Positions 19,873 through 31,343 are shown, numbered from the stretch's first letter. The stretch: 64,000 nucleotides of DNA from Alphaproteobacteria bacterium (GCA_019749935.1 JAIEPD010000002.1:10892-74891), one strand, 5' to 3'. Notes: generated by a model not told the origin, from the sequence alone. Translations and numbers: made by a program.

Positions 19873-21474
19873 ATGGGCAAATTGCTTAAGGTGATTTTGG
19901 TGGTTCAAGCTTTGTGTTCCGTGGTATATAGCTCAGTTGAAGAAAAGACAGATGAGTACCCTAGTGAACACAACCTCTTGCACGAGAGAAGGGCTTTCCT
20001 TTCAGCCGAACTTCCTGAAAGAGAAGGGACTACAGCTGCTGTATTATCGGAAGAAAATAGAAGTAGAGCTGAGCTCCTAACAGCTTATACAGCTGCTTAT
20101 GGACAGAGAGAAAGAGAAGATTTCTCTCTGTCTTTACACAGTGCTACGATAAGAGTAAATCCAGCTAGTATTAATATAAGGAATTTTCTACAAGAAGGAG
20201 AACGTACAATATCTATGCATTCGTCGATCCAGCTTGATGAGGATATTTTGCTTAGAGTCGTTGCTGCAGGAGGGCCGCCTCCGTGGCCCCCTGTTGTAAG
20301 AGATACATCTTTTGGAGCTATTGACGAATACATGCATAGGCCTTTGTCTTGTTTTTTAGAAGACTTATTTAATTCACGTCGTTTTAGTTACAATTCTTAC
20401 GATAGTTTAAATTTAATTATCCAAAGAATGTTTGAGAGTTTTTGGACTATGCATACCATGCCGATTACTCTTGATTCCCAATCTCCTGCCCAACCTGCTA
20501 TAGATCAAGAAGCCTTAACGAGAATGCGTGAACAAATTCAAAATAATTATATCAAAATGGTAACAGAAGGAGAATCTGCGGATAGAATAGCAAAGCTATT
20601 ACCTGCTCCTGATACAATGGATACCATATTTACAGAATGTTTTGAAAGCTTGACGGAATTTTTTGATTTTTGGGAAGGTCAAAAAATTAGCGATTCATTA
20701 AAATTTAGAATTAGGAGTGCTAAACGTACTTTACGGTTAATGAATGGAGATGAAGAAATTGAGCATCATTCAATTTCCTCGGTTGAAAACTATAGCACCT
20801 TCTCATATCCAGGCTTGCCTAATCTGCGTCAATTATTGATTTTAGCATGGCGTTTGGGTAAACCGGACGCCAAAGGCTTTGTTGAAGCTATGATCGCAGA
20901 AAATTGGAATACACCGATTAAATGGAGACAATGGCAACAGCTCTTTCTCCAGAGACCTTTTGCAAATATTGTAGCATATGACGATGCAGGGCAATCGTTA
21001 AGAGCTGATCGTGAAAAAGGTAACCCATTAGTGAGGTCTATCGCAAATGTTTTAGAGGGAGGGGATACCTTACCCGTAGAAGGTAGCAATAGACTTATGT
21101 TGCAATTTATGAAAAGGTTTCTACTAAAACGTACCGAACAAATAGTGCCCTTGGTGGAAGCATTATCAATGGTTATGCGAGGACATAATACCGAATTGCT
21201 AAATGCTCAAGAGCCAAATAGGCCTGCATGTGCTGAAGGTGCATATTTAGGAATATTAAAAGCTATAGGGGAAATGGTGTCATATAGCGGCAACTCTTTC
21301 TATAATCTAAGGATTGATGATTGCGGTTCAGAACCTTCTCGTATTTTATCGGAGTTAAATTTAAGTAGATATCTTCTTACTCCGAATCTGGATTTATATA
21401 CTCCTAATCTGGATTTATATACTCCTAATCTGGATTTATATATACAACCAGTAGAAAATAACGAAGGGGACTAA
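19873..21474 (+). CDS. hypothetical secreted protein with C-terminal TPNLDLY x3 repeat
   Basis: Long ORF. I prefer the ATG at 19873, which gives a signal-peptide-like N-terminus (MGKLLKVILVVQALCSVVYSS). I recognise no family. Confidence 0.6.
   Translation: MGKLLKVILVVQALCSVVYSSVEEKTDEYPSEHNLLHERRAFLSAELPEREGTTAAVLSEENRSRAELLTAYTAAYGQREREDFSLSLHSATIRVNPASINIRNFLQEGERTISMHSSIQLDEDILLRVVAAGGPPPWPPVVRDTSFGAIDEYMHRPLSCFLEDLFNSRRFSYNSYDSLNLIIQRMFESFWTMHTMPITLDSQSPAQPAIDQEALTRMREQIQNNYIKMVTEGESADRIAKLLPAPDTMDTIFTECFESLTEFFDFWEGQKISDSLKFRIRSAKRTLRLMNGDEEIEHHSISSVENYSTFSYPGLPNLRQLLILAWRLGKPDAKGFVEAMIAENWNTPIKWRQWQQLFLQRPFANIVAYDDAGQSLRADREKGNPLVRSIANVLEGGDTLPVEGSNRLMLQFMKRFLLKRTEQIVPLVEALSMVMRGHNTELLNAQEPNRPACAEGAYLGILKAIGEMVSYSGNSFYNLRIDDCGSEPSRILSELNLSRYLLTPNLDLYTPNLDLYTPNLDLYIQPVENNEGD
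21379..21441 (+). repeat. 3 x 21-bp in-frame tandem repeat (TPNLDLY)
   Basis: ACTCCGAATCTGGATTTATAT followed by two identical ACTCCTAATCTGGATTTATAT units, read directly from the sequence. Confidence 0.9.
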
Positions 21475-21522
21475 ATAGCTTCCATCAGGGGCTTACCCTC
21501 TTGGTATTGAAAAATATGGTCC

Positions 21523-23331
21523 TTAATCATCACCCATCTTCAATGCAGCAATAAATGCGCTTTGGGGAATCTCAACGTTACCGAATTGACGCATGCGCTT
21601 TTTACCGGCCTTTTGTTTGTCCAACAGTTTACGTTTACGGCTGATATCACCGCCATAACATTTGGCAAGAACGTCTTTACGCATTGCAGAAACGGTTTCT
21701 CTGGCGATAATTTTCCCGCCAATCGCTGCTTGAATCGCGATTTTAAAAAGCTGTTGGGGAATTAATTCTTTAAGGCGGGCACATAAATTACGGCCTCGTG
21801 CCTCTGACTGGCCTCTGTGCACAATTAAGGCAAGCGCATCAACAGGTTCTGCATTGACAAGAACATTTACTTTGACAAGGTCGCCTTCGCGGTAGCAATC
21901 AATATGATAATCAAAGGATGCATAACCCCGGCTGACAGATTTTAAGCGATCATAGAAATCAAAAACAACTTCGTTTAAGGGCAGGCGATAAACGGCCATT
22001 GCTCTGTTACCCGCATAGGTAAGGTCAATCTGCTCGCCCCTTCGGTCTGTGCAAAGGGTTAAAATGGATCCCAAATATTCATCAGGAACCAGAATAGTTG
22101 CTCTAATCCACGGTTCCTCAATGTGGTCAATTTTGACAACATCCGGCATATCGCTTGGGTTATGAAGCTCTAACATTTTACCGTTTGTCATATGCAAACG
22201 ATAAACAACGCTAGGCGCTGTTGTAATCAGATCAAGATCAAATTCACGCTCTAATCTCTCTTGGATAATTTCGAGATGAAGAAGGCCAAGAAAACCACAG
22301 CGGAAACCATATCCCAATGCCGCTGAACTTTCAGGTTCAAAATGGAAACTCGCATCGTTTAAATGAAGCTTTCCAAGGCTTTCTCTTAATTTTTCAAAAT
22401 CAGCAGCATCGACTGGAAACAAGCCACAAAAAACAACAGGAACCGATGGTTTAAACCCGGTAAGGGGGGAAGCCGTTTGTCTTTTTTCCTCGGTGATGGT
22501 ATCACCAACCTTACAATCCGCAACGTGCTTGATGCTGGCTGTGATAAAGCCCATTTCGCCGGACAACAATTGATCAACAATTTCCTTTTTGGGCGTAAAA
22601 TAACCAACCCTGTCGACTTCATAAGTTGCACCGGCATTGATCATGCGGATCTTCATGCCAGCTTTTAAAACTCCGTCAATCACCCGCACAAGAATGATAA
22701 CGCCTAAATAGGCATCATACCAACTATCCACAAGCATAGCTTTTAACGGGGCTTTTGCGGCTTCTTCATTAAATTCGCTTTTGGGCGCAGGCAACCTTTG
22801 AACAATTGCTTCTAAAACATCTTGGATTCCAATACCTGTTTTGGCTGAAATGAGAACTGCATCTTGGGCATCCAGGCCAATGACTTCTTCAATCTGTGCT
22901 TTGACACGTTCTGGCTCTGCTGCGGGAAGGTCAACCTTATTAAGGATTGGGATAATTTCATGATTATTTTCAATCGCTTGATAAACGTTCGCAAGGGTTT
23001 GCGCTTCAACGCCCTGGCTTGCATCAACCACCAATAGCGATCCTTCACAGGCTGCCAAGGAACGACTCACCTCATAGGCAAAGTCAACGTGCCCTGGGGT
23101 GTCCATCAAGTTTAAGATATAAGTTTCACCATTTTTAGCTTTATAGCGCAGGCGAACAGTCTGAGCTTTAATTGTAATTCCACGTTCACGTTCGATATCC
23201 ATAGAATCAAGGATTTGCTGCTTCATTTCGCGCGCTTCAACCGCGCCGCAATACTCAATCAAACGGTCAGCCAAGGTTGATTTTCCATGATCAATATGTG
23301 CGATAATTGAAAAGTTACGAATGTTATTCAT
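21523..23331 (-). CDS. lepA: translation elongation factor 4
   Basis: GTPase G1 motif [21 protein letters not shown], and the LepA C-terminal domain. Start placed at [10 protein letters not shown] (ATG 23329-23331). The tracked ORF extends 30 nt further into pheT. Confidence 0.9.
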   Translation of the reverse strand: MNNIRNFSIIAHIDHGKSTLADRLIEYCGAVEAREMKQQILDSMDIERERGITIKAQTVRLRYKAKNGETYILNLMDTPGHVDFAYEVSRSLAACEGSLLVVDASQGVEAQTLANVYQAIENNHEIIPILNKVDLPAAEPERVKAQIEEVIGLDAQDAVLISAKTGIGIQDVLEAIVQRLPAPKSEFNEEAAKAPLKAMLVDSWYDAYLGVIILVRVIDGVLKAGMKIRMINAGATYEVDRVGYFTPKKEIVDQLLSGEMGFITASIKHVADCKVGDTITEEKRQTASPLTGFKPSVPVVFCGLFPVDAADFEKLRESLGKLHLNDASFHFEPESSAALGYGFRCGFLGLLHLEIIQERLEREFDLDLITTAPSVVYRLHMTNGKMLELHNPSDMPDVVKIDHIEEPWIRATILVPDEYLGSILTLCTDRRGEQIDLTYAGNRAMAVYRLPLNEVVFDFYDRLKSVSRGYASFDYHIDCYREGDLVKVNVLVNAEPVDALALIVHRGQSEARGRNLCARLKELIPQQLFKIAIQAAIGGKIIARETVSAMRKDVLAKCYGGDISRKRKLLDKQKAGKKRMRQFGNVEIPQSAFIAALKMGDD

Positions 23332-23333
23332 AG

Positions 23334-25697
23334 TCATGCGTTTCTTAAAACCCCGCCACATGTTTTCTCGACAGCACTGATAAGATTTGTGCTGAATGTA
23401 TTTAAATCTTCTTCACTTAATGTTTTATCCAAAGCTTGTAATTTGACTTGAATCGCTACAGACTTTTGCCCTTTTGGAAGTTTCTCTCCCTCATAAACAT
23501 CAAAAATTTGAATATCTTGGATCAGATTTTTATCAATCTTTTGGATGCTTCTAATCACTTGATCGGCTGTAGTTTTCTGATCTAAAATAAAGGCAAAATC
23601 ACGCGTTACGGCTTGATAAGGCGATAAAGTTATTTGTGCCACTTTTCGTTTTAGTTCTTTGGGGAGGTTATCAAGGAAAACCTCAAAGGCAACAACAGGC
23701 CCAGTCAGGCCAAATGATTCAATTAAACTTGGGTGAATTTCACCAAAATAGGCAAGGGTTTTATTGCCTTGCTTGAAGGCTCCCTTACGGCCAGGGTGAT
23801 AGTAATCAGGAGCCGTCATATCTGTTTGATAATTGTTAATCCCCATAGCCTCTAATAAGGCTAGAACATCTGCCTTTGCATCAAACACATCCACTTTACG
23901 AGGGGTTTCAAGCCAATGACGGGGACCTGTCGAAACGCTTCTACACCCTGCTATCATCGGCTCTTCTAAAAGGGTTTGACCTGCAGAATACCTGGACGCG
24001 ACTTCAAAAAATGCGGAATTATAAAGGCTTTTGCTTTGGTTGTTTGTAATGGCTTTTAAATGACCTGGCAAAATGCTTGGACGCATAACGGCCATTTCTT
24101 GGGATAAAGGTGCCTCAAGCTCTACGCCAACTCCAAATTTTTCAGCCGTTTCAGCGTCAATGAAAGACCAAGTGTAAACTTCACTTAAGCCTCTGTTTGC
24201 AAGCGTATTTTTAAGGGCTTTCACTCTGTTAAAATCAGTGTTTGGCTTTTTGAGAGGAAGCGATGTTATAGGCAGCTTATCAAAGCCACGGATCCTTAAA
24301 AACTCTTCGATAAGGTCAACATCTAAACTGATATCATGACGCCACTTAGGAACTTCAACAGTTATTTCTTGATTCGATAATTCAACAACTTTAAAGCCTA
24401 GTTTTTTTAAAATTTCTTCGACTTCTTTTAAGGACAAGCTATCATCGCCGCTATAACTGATTAGCTTTTCACAAGACAAAGTCACTTTTAAAACAGTATC
24501 TTTTTCTTTTCCAGCGATAACGATTTGACTTACCTTGCCTCCGCAATGCTCTAAAATATACTGCGAAGCTAAATCAACGCCAAGCGCGACTTGGCTGGGA
24601 TCAACGCCGCGCTCAAAACGCGTTCTGGCTTCACTTAAGATTCGAAGAGATTGTCCCGTTTTAGCAATGCGGATAGGGTCAAAATAAGCAGACTCGATAA
24701 AGACTCTGGTGGTTGATTCTGTGCACCCTGAAGATAGTCCGCCCATAACGCCAGCTAAGGATATAACGCCTGTGTCGTCGCTGATGGTTGTCATGCCATC
24801 TTCCAGGTCATAAACTTTACCATCTAAAGCCTCTAGTGTTTCGCCTGTTTTAGAAGGGCGAACCGTAATGTCACCTTTCAGTTTATCAGCATCAAACACA
24901 TGGAGGGGGCGACCAATATCGAGGCTTATGTAATTGGTAACATCAACCAAGGCTGAAATGCATTTTTGCCCTACCGCATTTAGGCGCCTTTGCATCCAAG
25001 TTGGGCTTTCTTTATTTTGAACACCTTCAATCAAACGGCCAGTAAAATGTGAGCAGTTATGATCAGTTATGGATACTTTTATAGGACAATCAATCACAGC
25101 TGGAATTTTAGGCATTTCAAGTACTTTTAATTGTCCAACGCCATAAGCAGCAAGGTCTCTTGCAATTCCTCTGACCGAAAAGCAGTCACTTCGGTTCGGG
25201 CCAATGCTAACATCAATAACAGCATCATCTAACCCTAAAATTGTTGCCAATGCAGACCCTGGAGCTGCATCTGTCTCAAGATCCATAATGCTGCCATCAG
25301 ACTCCTCTGTGCTGAGCAATAATTCCTGAGCTGAACAGATCATGCCAAGACTGTCCATGCTGCGAATGTTACCAGCTTTTAAAACTTGGCCGCTAACAGG
25401 AATGGTTGTGCCAACACGCGCAAAAGCGATTTTCATTCCCTGGCGTACGTTAATGCCACCACACACAACCTGTAAAAGTTTACCTGATCCGTCATCCACT
25501 TGGCATAGGTTTAAGCGATCAGCGTTGGGATGTTTTCCAGCCTCAACCACTTTTGCAACGACAAACTCTTTTAAGCGATCAGCTGGATTATCAACACCTT
25601 CGACCTCTAATCCAATATTGGTAAGAGCTAAAAGAATGTCATCTAACGATTTCTCTGTTTCTAAGTGATCTTTTAACCAATTCAGGGTAAATTTCAT
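23334..25697 (-). CDS. pheT: phenylalanine--tRNA ligase beta subunit
   Basis: 787 aa. [13 protein letters not shown]-terminus, tRNA-binding, B3/4 and B5 region pattern. Lies immediately downstream of pheS. Confidence 0.9.
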   Translation of the reverse strand: MKFTLNWLKDHLETEKSLDDILLALTNIGLEVEGVDNPADRLKEFVVAKVVEAGKHPNADRLNLCQVDDGSGKLLQVVCGGINVRQGMKIAFARVGTTIPVSGQVLKAGNIRSMDSLGMICSAQELLLSTEESDGSIMDLETDAAPGSALATILGLDDAVIDVSIGPNRSDCFSVRGIARDLAAYGVGQLKVLEMPKIPAVIDCPIKVSITDHNCSHFTGRLIEGVQNKESPTWMQRRLNAVGQKCISALVDVTNYISLDIGRPLHVFDADKLKGDITVRPSKTGETLEALDGKVYDLEDGMTTISDDTGVISLAGVMGGLSSGCTESTTRVFIESAYFDPIRIAKTGQSLRILSEARTRFERGVDPSQVALGVDLASQYILEHCGGKVSQIVIAGKEKDTVLKVTLSCEKLISYSGDDSLSLKEVEEILKKLGFKVVELSNQEITVEVPKWRHDISLDVDLIEEFLRIRGFDKLPITSLPLKKPNTDFNRVKALKNTLANRGLSEVYTWSFIDAETAEKFGVGVELEAPLSQEMAVMRPSILPGHLKAITNNQSKSLYNSAFFEVASRYSAGQTLLEEPMIAGCRSVSTGPRHWLETPRKVDVFDAKADVLALLEAMGINNYQTDMTAPDYYHPGRKGAFKQGNKTLAYFGEIHPSLIESFGLTGPVVAFEVFLDNLPKELKRKVAQITLSPYQAVTRDFAFILDQKTTADQVIRSIQKIDKNLIQDIQIFDVYEGEKLPKGQKSVAIQVKLQALDKTLSEEDLNTFSTNLISAVEKTCGGVLRNA

Positions 25698-25715
25698 TTC
25701 TTGTTACCCTTTCCT

Positions 25716-26759
25716 TTAATATCTTGTGCCATAGTGGTTTAACCAGCGTTCATCTGAATCATACAACGCCCTAATATCAGGTAGGCCGTACTTTAACATT
25801 GCAAAACGTTCAATGCCGGCGCCAAAGGCAAAACCTTGAAATTCGTCCGGGTCAATACCGCAATTTTTAAGAACATTGGGATGAACCATGCCGCACCCAA
25901 GCAATTCTAGCCAACTGTCACCAATCCCGATTTTAAGCTGTCCTTTTTCTCTAGAGCAGTTGATATCAAGCTCGGCAGACGGCTCCGTAAAGGGGAAAAA
26001 ACTAGGGCGAAAACGGGATTTAACTTCGTCCACGCCAAAGAAATATTTACAAAAATCAATAAGGCATCCCCTTAAATGACCCATGTTAATATTCGGCTCT
26101 AACACCAATCCTTCTAATTGATGAAACATTGGTGTGTGCGTTGCATCCAAAGCATCGCTTCTGTACACGCGGCCGATTGAAATAATTCTAAGCGGTGGTT
26201 TTTGTTTCTCTAATGTTCTAATTTGCGCCGTTGATGTGTGCGTTCTTAAAAGATGAGAGGGGTGACCTTTTAAATAAAACGTATCGTGACTTTGACGGGC
26301 AGGGTGGTGAGATGGGATATTAAGGGCATCAAAATTGTGATGCTCATCATCCATTTCTGGGCCTTCAACCAATTGAAACCCTAAATCACTGAAATAGGAT
26401 TGAATATCTGAAATCACCTGCGTTAAAAGGTGTAACTTTCCAGTTTTTTCAAAACGCGGCGGTAGCGTGATATCAACAGTTTCGTCTTGTAATCTTAATT
26501 CCAAGACTTTTTTCTGTAACTCATCTTTTTGGTGATTAATTAATTCCGCCAAGCTATCCCGCAAAGCATTAATTTCTGAACCTTTTGCTTTCCTATCTTC
26601 AGGGGCCAATTGCCCTAAAGTCTTTAATTCGTTCGTGATAAGGCCTGTTTTACCAAGGAGATGAATTCTAATTTCTTCTAAAGACTGAAGATCTTGGCAA
26701 TTTCCTACCTTAGGTTGCCATTCAGAGTAAAGAGGGTGTTTCAAGGTAGCATCTGTCAT
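25716..26759 (-). CDS. pheS: phenylalanine--tRNA ligase alpha subunit
   Basis: 347 aa class II aaRS. Motifs HPARQSHDTFY, GRVYRSD, GFAFGAGIERFAML. Confidence 0.9.
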   Translation of the reverse strand: MTDATLKHPLYSEWQPKVGNCQDLQSLEEIRIHLLGKTGLITNELKTLGQLAPEDRKAKGSEINALRDSLAELINHQKDELQKKVLELRLQDETVDITLPPRFEKTGKLHLLTQVISDIQSYFSDLGFQLVEGPEMDDEHHNFDALNIPSHHPARQSHDTFYLKGHPSHLLRTHTSTAQIRTLEKQKPPLRIISIGRVYRSDALDATHTPMFHQLEGLVLEPNINMGHLRGCLIDFCKYFFGVDEVKSRFRPSFFPFTEPSAELDINCSREKGQLKIGIGDSWLELLGCGMVHPNVLKNCGIDPDEFQGFAFGAGIERFAMLKYGLPDIRALYDSDERWLNHYGTRY

Positions 26760-26851
26760 AGGGAACCTAAATACAAAGCTGAAAAGATAGATAAAGCGTC
26801 ACTACCTTTTTTCAAAGACCAATGACGCTTTCATATTACGAATAACTTTTT

Positions 26852-27211
26852 TTAAGCAGCAAGTGCTTTTTGTGCTTTTTCAACCAATGATTTAAAAGCT
26901 TCAGGTTGATTCATAGCAAGATCAGCCATGATCTTGCGATCAACTTCGATACCAGCTTTGTTTAAGCCATTGATAAAAACAGAATAAGACATACCAAGGT
27001 CGCGCACGGCTGCATTGATACGTTGAATCCAAAGGCCTCTGAAATCGCGTTTTTTATTACGACGATCTCTATAAGCATATTGAAGTGCTTTTTCTACTTT
27101 TTGAACGGCGACTCTAAAACAGGTACTTGAACGGCCGCGATAGCCTTTCGCCATTTTAAGAATTTTTTTGTGGCGTGCGTGTGAAGTTACACCGCGTTTA
27201 ACACGTGACAT
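26852..27211 (-). CDS. rplT: 50S ribosomal protein L20
   Basis: 119 aa. [26 protein letters not shown]... is a canonical L20 N-terminus. Confidence 0.95.
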   Translation of the reverse strand: MSRVKRGVTSHARHKKILKMAKGYRGRSSTCFRVAVQKVEKALQYAYRDRRNKKRDFRGLWIQRINAAVRDLGMSYSVFINGLNKAGIEVDRKIMADLAMNQPEAFKSLVEKAQKALAA

Positions 27212-27223
27212 TGAAGACCTCCC

Positions 27224-27421
27224 TTATACGTGGAAATAATAGGTTTTAACTTTTTTAGCATCACTTGGGTGCATGATTGACATACCACGAGAATTTCTTA
27301 TCGTCTTGTTGGTGCGCTTAATCATACCGTGACGCTTTCCAGCTTGTCCCATTTTCACTTTGCCGGAGGCTGTCAAACGAAAGCGTTTTTTAACGCTGCT
27401 TTTTGTTTTCATTTTGGGCAT
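27224..27421 (-). CDS. rpmI: 50S ribosomal protein L35
   Basis: 65 aa. [14 protein letters not shown]... is canonical L35. Lies directly upstream of rplT. Confidence 0.95.
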   Translation of the reverse strand: MPKMKTKSSVKKRFRLTASGKVKMGQAGKRHGMIKRTNKTIRNSRGMSIMHPSDAKKVKTYYFHV

Positions 27422-27646
27422 TTCATACTCTTTTCATTAATCATTTACTTTTAAATATTCTGCAGATTAGGCATGCCCGAAACCTTTAATAAAGTTTCCT
27501 GCCACGCTGCATAACAGATCAATTTTATATGATATCTATACACCTAAGTCAAGCAGATGATTGAAACGAAAAGGAAGCATCTACTTTCCTTATAAGGTTG
27601 TGCTACAATGCCGTATATTTTAACTCTCATCTGATAAGAGAAAAAA

Positions 27647-29983
27647 ATGAAAAAGCTGCTTTATGTTTTTGCCATACTCATTGGTTTGGTTTTAATAGTC
27701 CCTAGTTTTATCGATTGGGGTCATTTTAAAGCGCCCATTATTGAAGCTGTTAAAACAAATGCAGGCTATGATCTTGATATTAAAGGTTCGGTTAATCTTA
27801 GTCTTTTGCCAACTCCTCATTTAAAGGCTCATGATATTTTGGTTAAAAATAAACCAGGTGGGAAAGCTGCTTCTCTTCTTGAATTAAAGAGCGTGTCTCT
27901 TAGCCTTAATATTTGGCCGCTTTTAAAGGGGCAAATTGTTGTTGATAGGGTTGAACTTATTGAACCCATTATTCATTTGGAAACCTCAGAAAAGGAACAA
28001 AACAACTGGGAAATACAAGAGAAGGTGCAAATTAAAAACTCTCCATCACATCACGGTCCCATTATTAAACATGAAGAATCTGCACCCACTCAACCAACGC
28101 AGATTGCTTTAAGAAAAATAGTTATCAAAGATGGCCGTGTGTCTATTTCTAATTTAAAAAACAAGACTCATCACGAGGTAAAAAACATTAACCTAGAAGG
28201 TGGTTTTGATTCTCTCTCTGGTCCATTTAAGGTTAAAGGCCAGGTTGATTTTGATGAGTTTACAATAAAAGCTGATATTCATACGGGCGAGCTTTTTAAT
28301 AAGAACCCAGCCCCTATAAAGGCAAATATTAATCTTTCCAAAGACAAAGCTGATTATGGTGCTCTAAGGGTGGAAGGGACTATGGAAGATAAGAGGTTTG
28401 TAGGGGATGTGACCTCAGATGCTCTTAAACTTCCTTTCAGTGTAGATCTTTCTAATAAGAAAATTGATTTACAAAAAGGTTTAACTTTAAAGGCTCACCT
28501 TGATGCACAGCCTGAAGATATCAAAATTTCAGGCCTAAAGGCTTCTCTTGAAAATATTAAACTTGAGGGAGATGCCTCTTATAAAATTTCAAATATTACG
28601 GGGCAATTGCTTTTAAGTGAAGGGTCCGCTCAGATAAAACTGAATGTTCAAGGGCAAACGAATGAGCAAAATTTATGGAATGGTCATGTCACCCTTCATT
28701 CAGATAAGCCACAAGCATTTCTAAAATGGGTGGGTGCGGATGAAACAGCTCCTTACTTGCAAGGTAAAATTGACGTTTCAACTTCTCTTAATGTGCAGGA
28801 TTCCACCTATGCATTTAAAGGGTTAAAGCTTGCGATTGGTCAGCTTGATGGGGAAGGTGATATCACCATAAAACTAGGAGAAACTCACCCTTATATCAAA
28901 GGTGAATTATCCCTTGGAAAAATTGACCTGAACGCTCTGTTGCCAAATGAAAATAAAGGAAAAGCTCACTCTTCTGCAGATCATCCATCTGCTCAACCTG
29001 TAAAATCAGAAAGCGAGCGTTGGTCAAAAGAGAAATGGAATCTTGACCCTCTTAAAACCGTGAATACTGACATCAAATTTAGTGTTCGTGAGCTTCGCTA
29101 TGACGAATATCAATTAAGTAAATTGAGAGTAACGATTCATCTAAAGGATGGAAGCCTTCAAATGATATCATTGGGGGCAGAAGGATATGGTGGTAGTTTT
29201 AATGGAGATGTGTCTTTACAAAGTGATTCTGCTTTAAAGCTTAATTTTGGCATTCAAAAACTAGACGTTGCGTCTCTGCCTAAGGTTAGGAAGACTCCCT
29301 TAAAGAAGGCGACATTAACGACCTCTCTACGTTTGAATGCAAAAGGAGATAATACTTATGATGTCATTCATTCTTTGGGTGGCGAGATGAATTTCAATTT
29401 AAGCCAAGGTGTCATTGAAGCTTTTGATGTCAAAAAATTTGTAAACAATATTAAACAAGTCAAAGGTCCAGGCGATGTTAATGCTGTTATCAATGACCTT
29501 AATTCAAAGACACAAACACCATTTGACCATCTTAAGGCAAACTTTACTGTTCAAAATGGTAAGGCGACATCCAGCGATATTGAATTTGCTTCCCCTGATA
29601 TTACGTTCACAGGTAAGGGGGTAATTGATTTACCAAAATGGTTAATTGACATGCAAACTCAAGTAAAACTCAAAGAGCTTACCAAGCTTCCTTCGATAGG
29701 GCTCATCATTGAGGGAAGCTTAGATTCCCCGTCCTATAAAGTTGATCAAGCCCAATTGGCCAAGATTCTTTTGCAAGAGGTTGCGAGCAGGGCAATCGGT
29801 AGTGCAGTTCAAGGAATTGGCGGCAAAGTTGGAGACGTTTTAAAAGGGGTGTTAGGTAAAAAGCAAGAGGCTCCTGCGTCAAAATCTGATTCATCTCAAA
29901 AACCTGCGCAACAACAAGCGCCGAAAGAAGAGGGCCCTATAAAGCCTGAGAAGATTATCAAAGATTTATTAAAGGCGTTTTAG
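27647..29983 (+). CDS. AsmA-family outer-membrane biogenesis protein
   Basis: 778 aa. N-terminal membrane anchor (MKKLLYVFAILIGLVLIVPSFIDW), then a long beta-rich repetitive body and a C-terminal AsmA-like region. This is a family-level call only. Confidence 0.65.
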   Translation: MKKLLYVFAILIGLVLIVPSFIDWGHFKAPIIEAVKTNAGYDLDIKGSVNLSLLPTPHLKAHDILVKNKPGGKAASLLELKSVSLSLNIWPLLKGQIVVDRVELIEPIIHLETSEKEQNNWEIQEKVQIKNSPSHHGPIIKHEESAPTQPTQIALRKIVIKDGRVSISNLKNKTHHEVKNINLEGGFDSLSGPFKVKGQVDFDEFTIKADIHTGELFNKNPAPIKANINLSKDKADYGALRVEGTMEDKRFVGDVTSDALKLPFSVDLSNKKIDLQKGLTLKAHLDAQPEDIKISGLKASLENIKLEGDASYKISNITGQLLLSEGSAQIKLNVQGQTNEQNLWNGHVTLHSDKPQAFLKWVGADETAPYLQGKIDVSTSLNVQDSTYAFKGLKLAIGQLDGEGDITIKLGETHPYIKGELSLGKIDLNALLPNENKGKAHSSADHPSAQPVKSESERWSKEKWNLDPLKTVNTDIKFSVRELRYDEYQLSKLRVTIHLKDGSLQMISLGAEGYGGSFNGDVSLQSDSALKLNFGIQKLDVASLPKVRKTPLKKATLTTSLRLNAKGDNTYDVIHSLGGEMNFNLSQGVIEAFDVKKFVNNIKQVKGPGDVNAVINDLNSKTQTPFDHLKANFTVQNGKATSSDIEFASPDITFTGKGVIDLPKWLIDMQTQVKLKELTKLPSIGLIIEGSLDSPSYKVDQAQLAKILLQEVASRAIGSAVQGIGGKVGDVLKGVLGKKQEAPASKSDSSQKPAQQQAPKEEGPIKPEKIIKDLLKAF

Positions 29984-30011
29984 GTTGAGGTTTGTTTTGT
30001 CAATATTATTT

Positions 30012-30166
30012 TGTCATCCCGGAAAGTAGGAGAGTCCAAGCGTCGCTTGGAATACGATCCGCTTATCCGGGATCTTAGGACCTTTGTTAACTGTCGGCAT
30101 AAGATTCCGGATACCAAGACTCATAAAGTACCTAAAGGTGCAATTCGTCTAGGTTCCGGGATGACA
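30012..30166. repeat. 155-bp palindromic element, family B (perfect 13-bp terminal inverted repeats)
   Basis: TGTCATCCCGGAA at 30012-30024 is the exact reverse complement of TTCCGGGATGACA at 30154-30166. Internal perfect hairpin TCCAAGCG-T-CGCTTGGA at 30034-30050. Fills the gap between two convergent genes. Confidence 0.7.
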
Positions 30167-30171
30167 GCAAT

Positions 30172-31176
30172 CTACTCCTTATAAAACTTAATCTCCTTAG
30201 GGAGTATTGCAGGCAATTCAAGGCCTGCTCGTTTAGAAGCTTCAGCGCTAATAATAAATTCCACAGGAATATCACTTGGGATTAGAATGTCGCTCGCCAT
30301 GGTTCCTTTTAGAATCTTGACAACCATATCGCCTGCAACTTCGCCTAAGGTGAAATGACTGTAGCCATAGGTCGCAACAATTCCAGACGCCATTAATGAT
30401 GTATCGCAGCTAAAGACTGGAATTTTCAATTGTTCTCCTATTTTAATGATCGAGCTGATCGAAGAAGCGGCTGTATTGTCATCCGGGATATATAAAGCCT
30501 CAATCTTGCCAGCCAAACTGCGCATAGCGCCATCGACTTCGGATGATTTATTGGCAGTTGCTTCAATAATTTCGATACCCTTTTTTTGTGCTTCTTCTTT
30601 AAGAAGCCGTACGATATTACTGGAGTTTGCTGCGCCAGGGTTATAGATAACACCTAGCTTTTTTAAATGAGGCGCAATGTTTCTTATAAATTGCAAACGC
30701 ATAGAAATAGGCACTGAATCCGAAACGCCAACAACGAGCTCAGTTCTTTTTTGAAGCGTTGTTATCAATTTTGCCTCAACAGGGTCACTTACCGCTCCAA
30801 AAACCAAAGGGATGTTTTTCTCTTGGCAAGCTTTTAGGCAAGATTGCGCTGATGGAGTTGAAATGGCGATAATAACCTTTGGGTTTTCAGATATTAAGTT
30901 CTGAGCTATTTGTGCGCTTGTGCTGATATTACCTTGGGCATTTTTGTATATAATTTTTATGTTTTTGCCGTCTTCAAACCCTGCATTTTGCAAAGCTTTA
31001 ATGACACCATTTCGCTCAGCATCAAGGGCAGGATGCTCAACAATTTGGGTAATGGCAACAACAGGTAATGCGGTTGTCGGATTGTCTGCTGTTAAGGAGT
31101 CTTTTGAAGTTTTTCTTATAACCAGGACGGTTAAAATTATGGAAAGGGTAATGCTTAAAAATATTGCTTTTTTCAT
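30172..31176 (-). CDS. ABC transporter substrate-binding protein (ABC_sub_bind / BMP-like family)
   Basis: 334 aa. Signal anchor MKKAIFLSITLSIILTVLV. Blocks LKKLGVIYNPGAANS and IEALYIPDDNT are typical of this periplasmic binding family. No cognate permease or ATPase is adjacent. Confidence 0.7.
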   Translation of the reverse strand: MKKAIFLSITLSIILTVLVIRKTSKDSLTADNPTTALPVVAITQIVEHPALDAERNGVIKALQNAGFEDGKNIKIIYKNAQGNISTSAQIAQNLISENPKVIIAISTPSAQSCLKACQEKNIPLVFGAVSDPVEAKLITTLQKRTELVVGVSDSVPISMRLQFIRNIAPHLKKLGVIYNPGAANSSNIVRLLKEEAQKKGIEIIEATANKSSEVDGAMRSLAGKIEALYIPDDNTAASSISSIIKIGEQLKIPVFSCDTSLMASGIVATYGYSHFTLGEVAGDMVVKILKGTMASDILIPSDIPVEFIISAEASKRAGLELPAILPKEIKFYKE

Positions 31177-31343
31177 GGTTTAAATCGCTTTCTTTTATGT
31201 CGGTTTGTATTTGAATTTGTAATGTTATTGGCTTGATAGCAGGCATATTGGGTATAATAATAATTTGTCATGAGTGACCTCTGTTTACTGGTTGTAGGTT
31301 GATATAAAAGTATACAGGATTATGTATATTAATTTTATTGTAA

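Noticed and set aside
23332-23361. Extended lepA start ([10 protein letters not shown]...) overlapping pheT
   Set aside because: The conserved LepA N-terminus begins at [19 protein letters not shown]. The extension lies in the pheT 3' coding region and is not needed.
31311-31339. dif-like (XerCD) site: TATACAGGATTATGTATATTAATTTTATT
   Set aside because: Only the central ATGTATATTA matches the E. coli dif core as I recall it. Both recombinase-binding arms match poorly. AT-rich chance similarity is likely.
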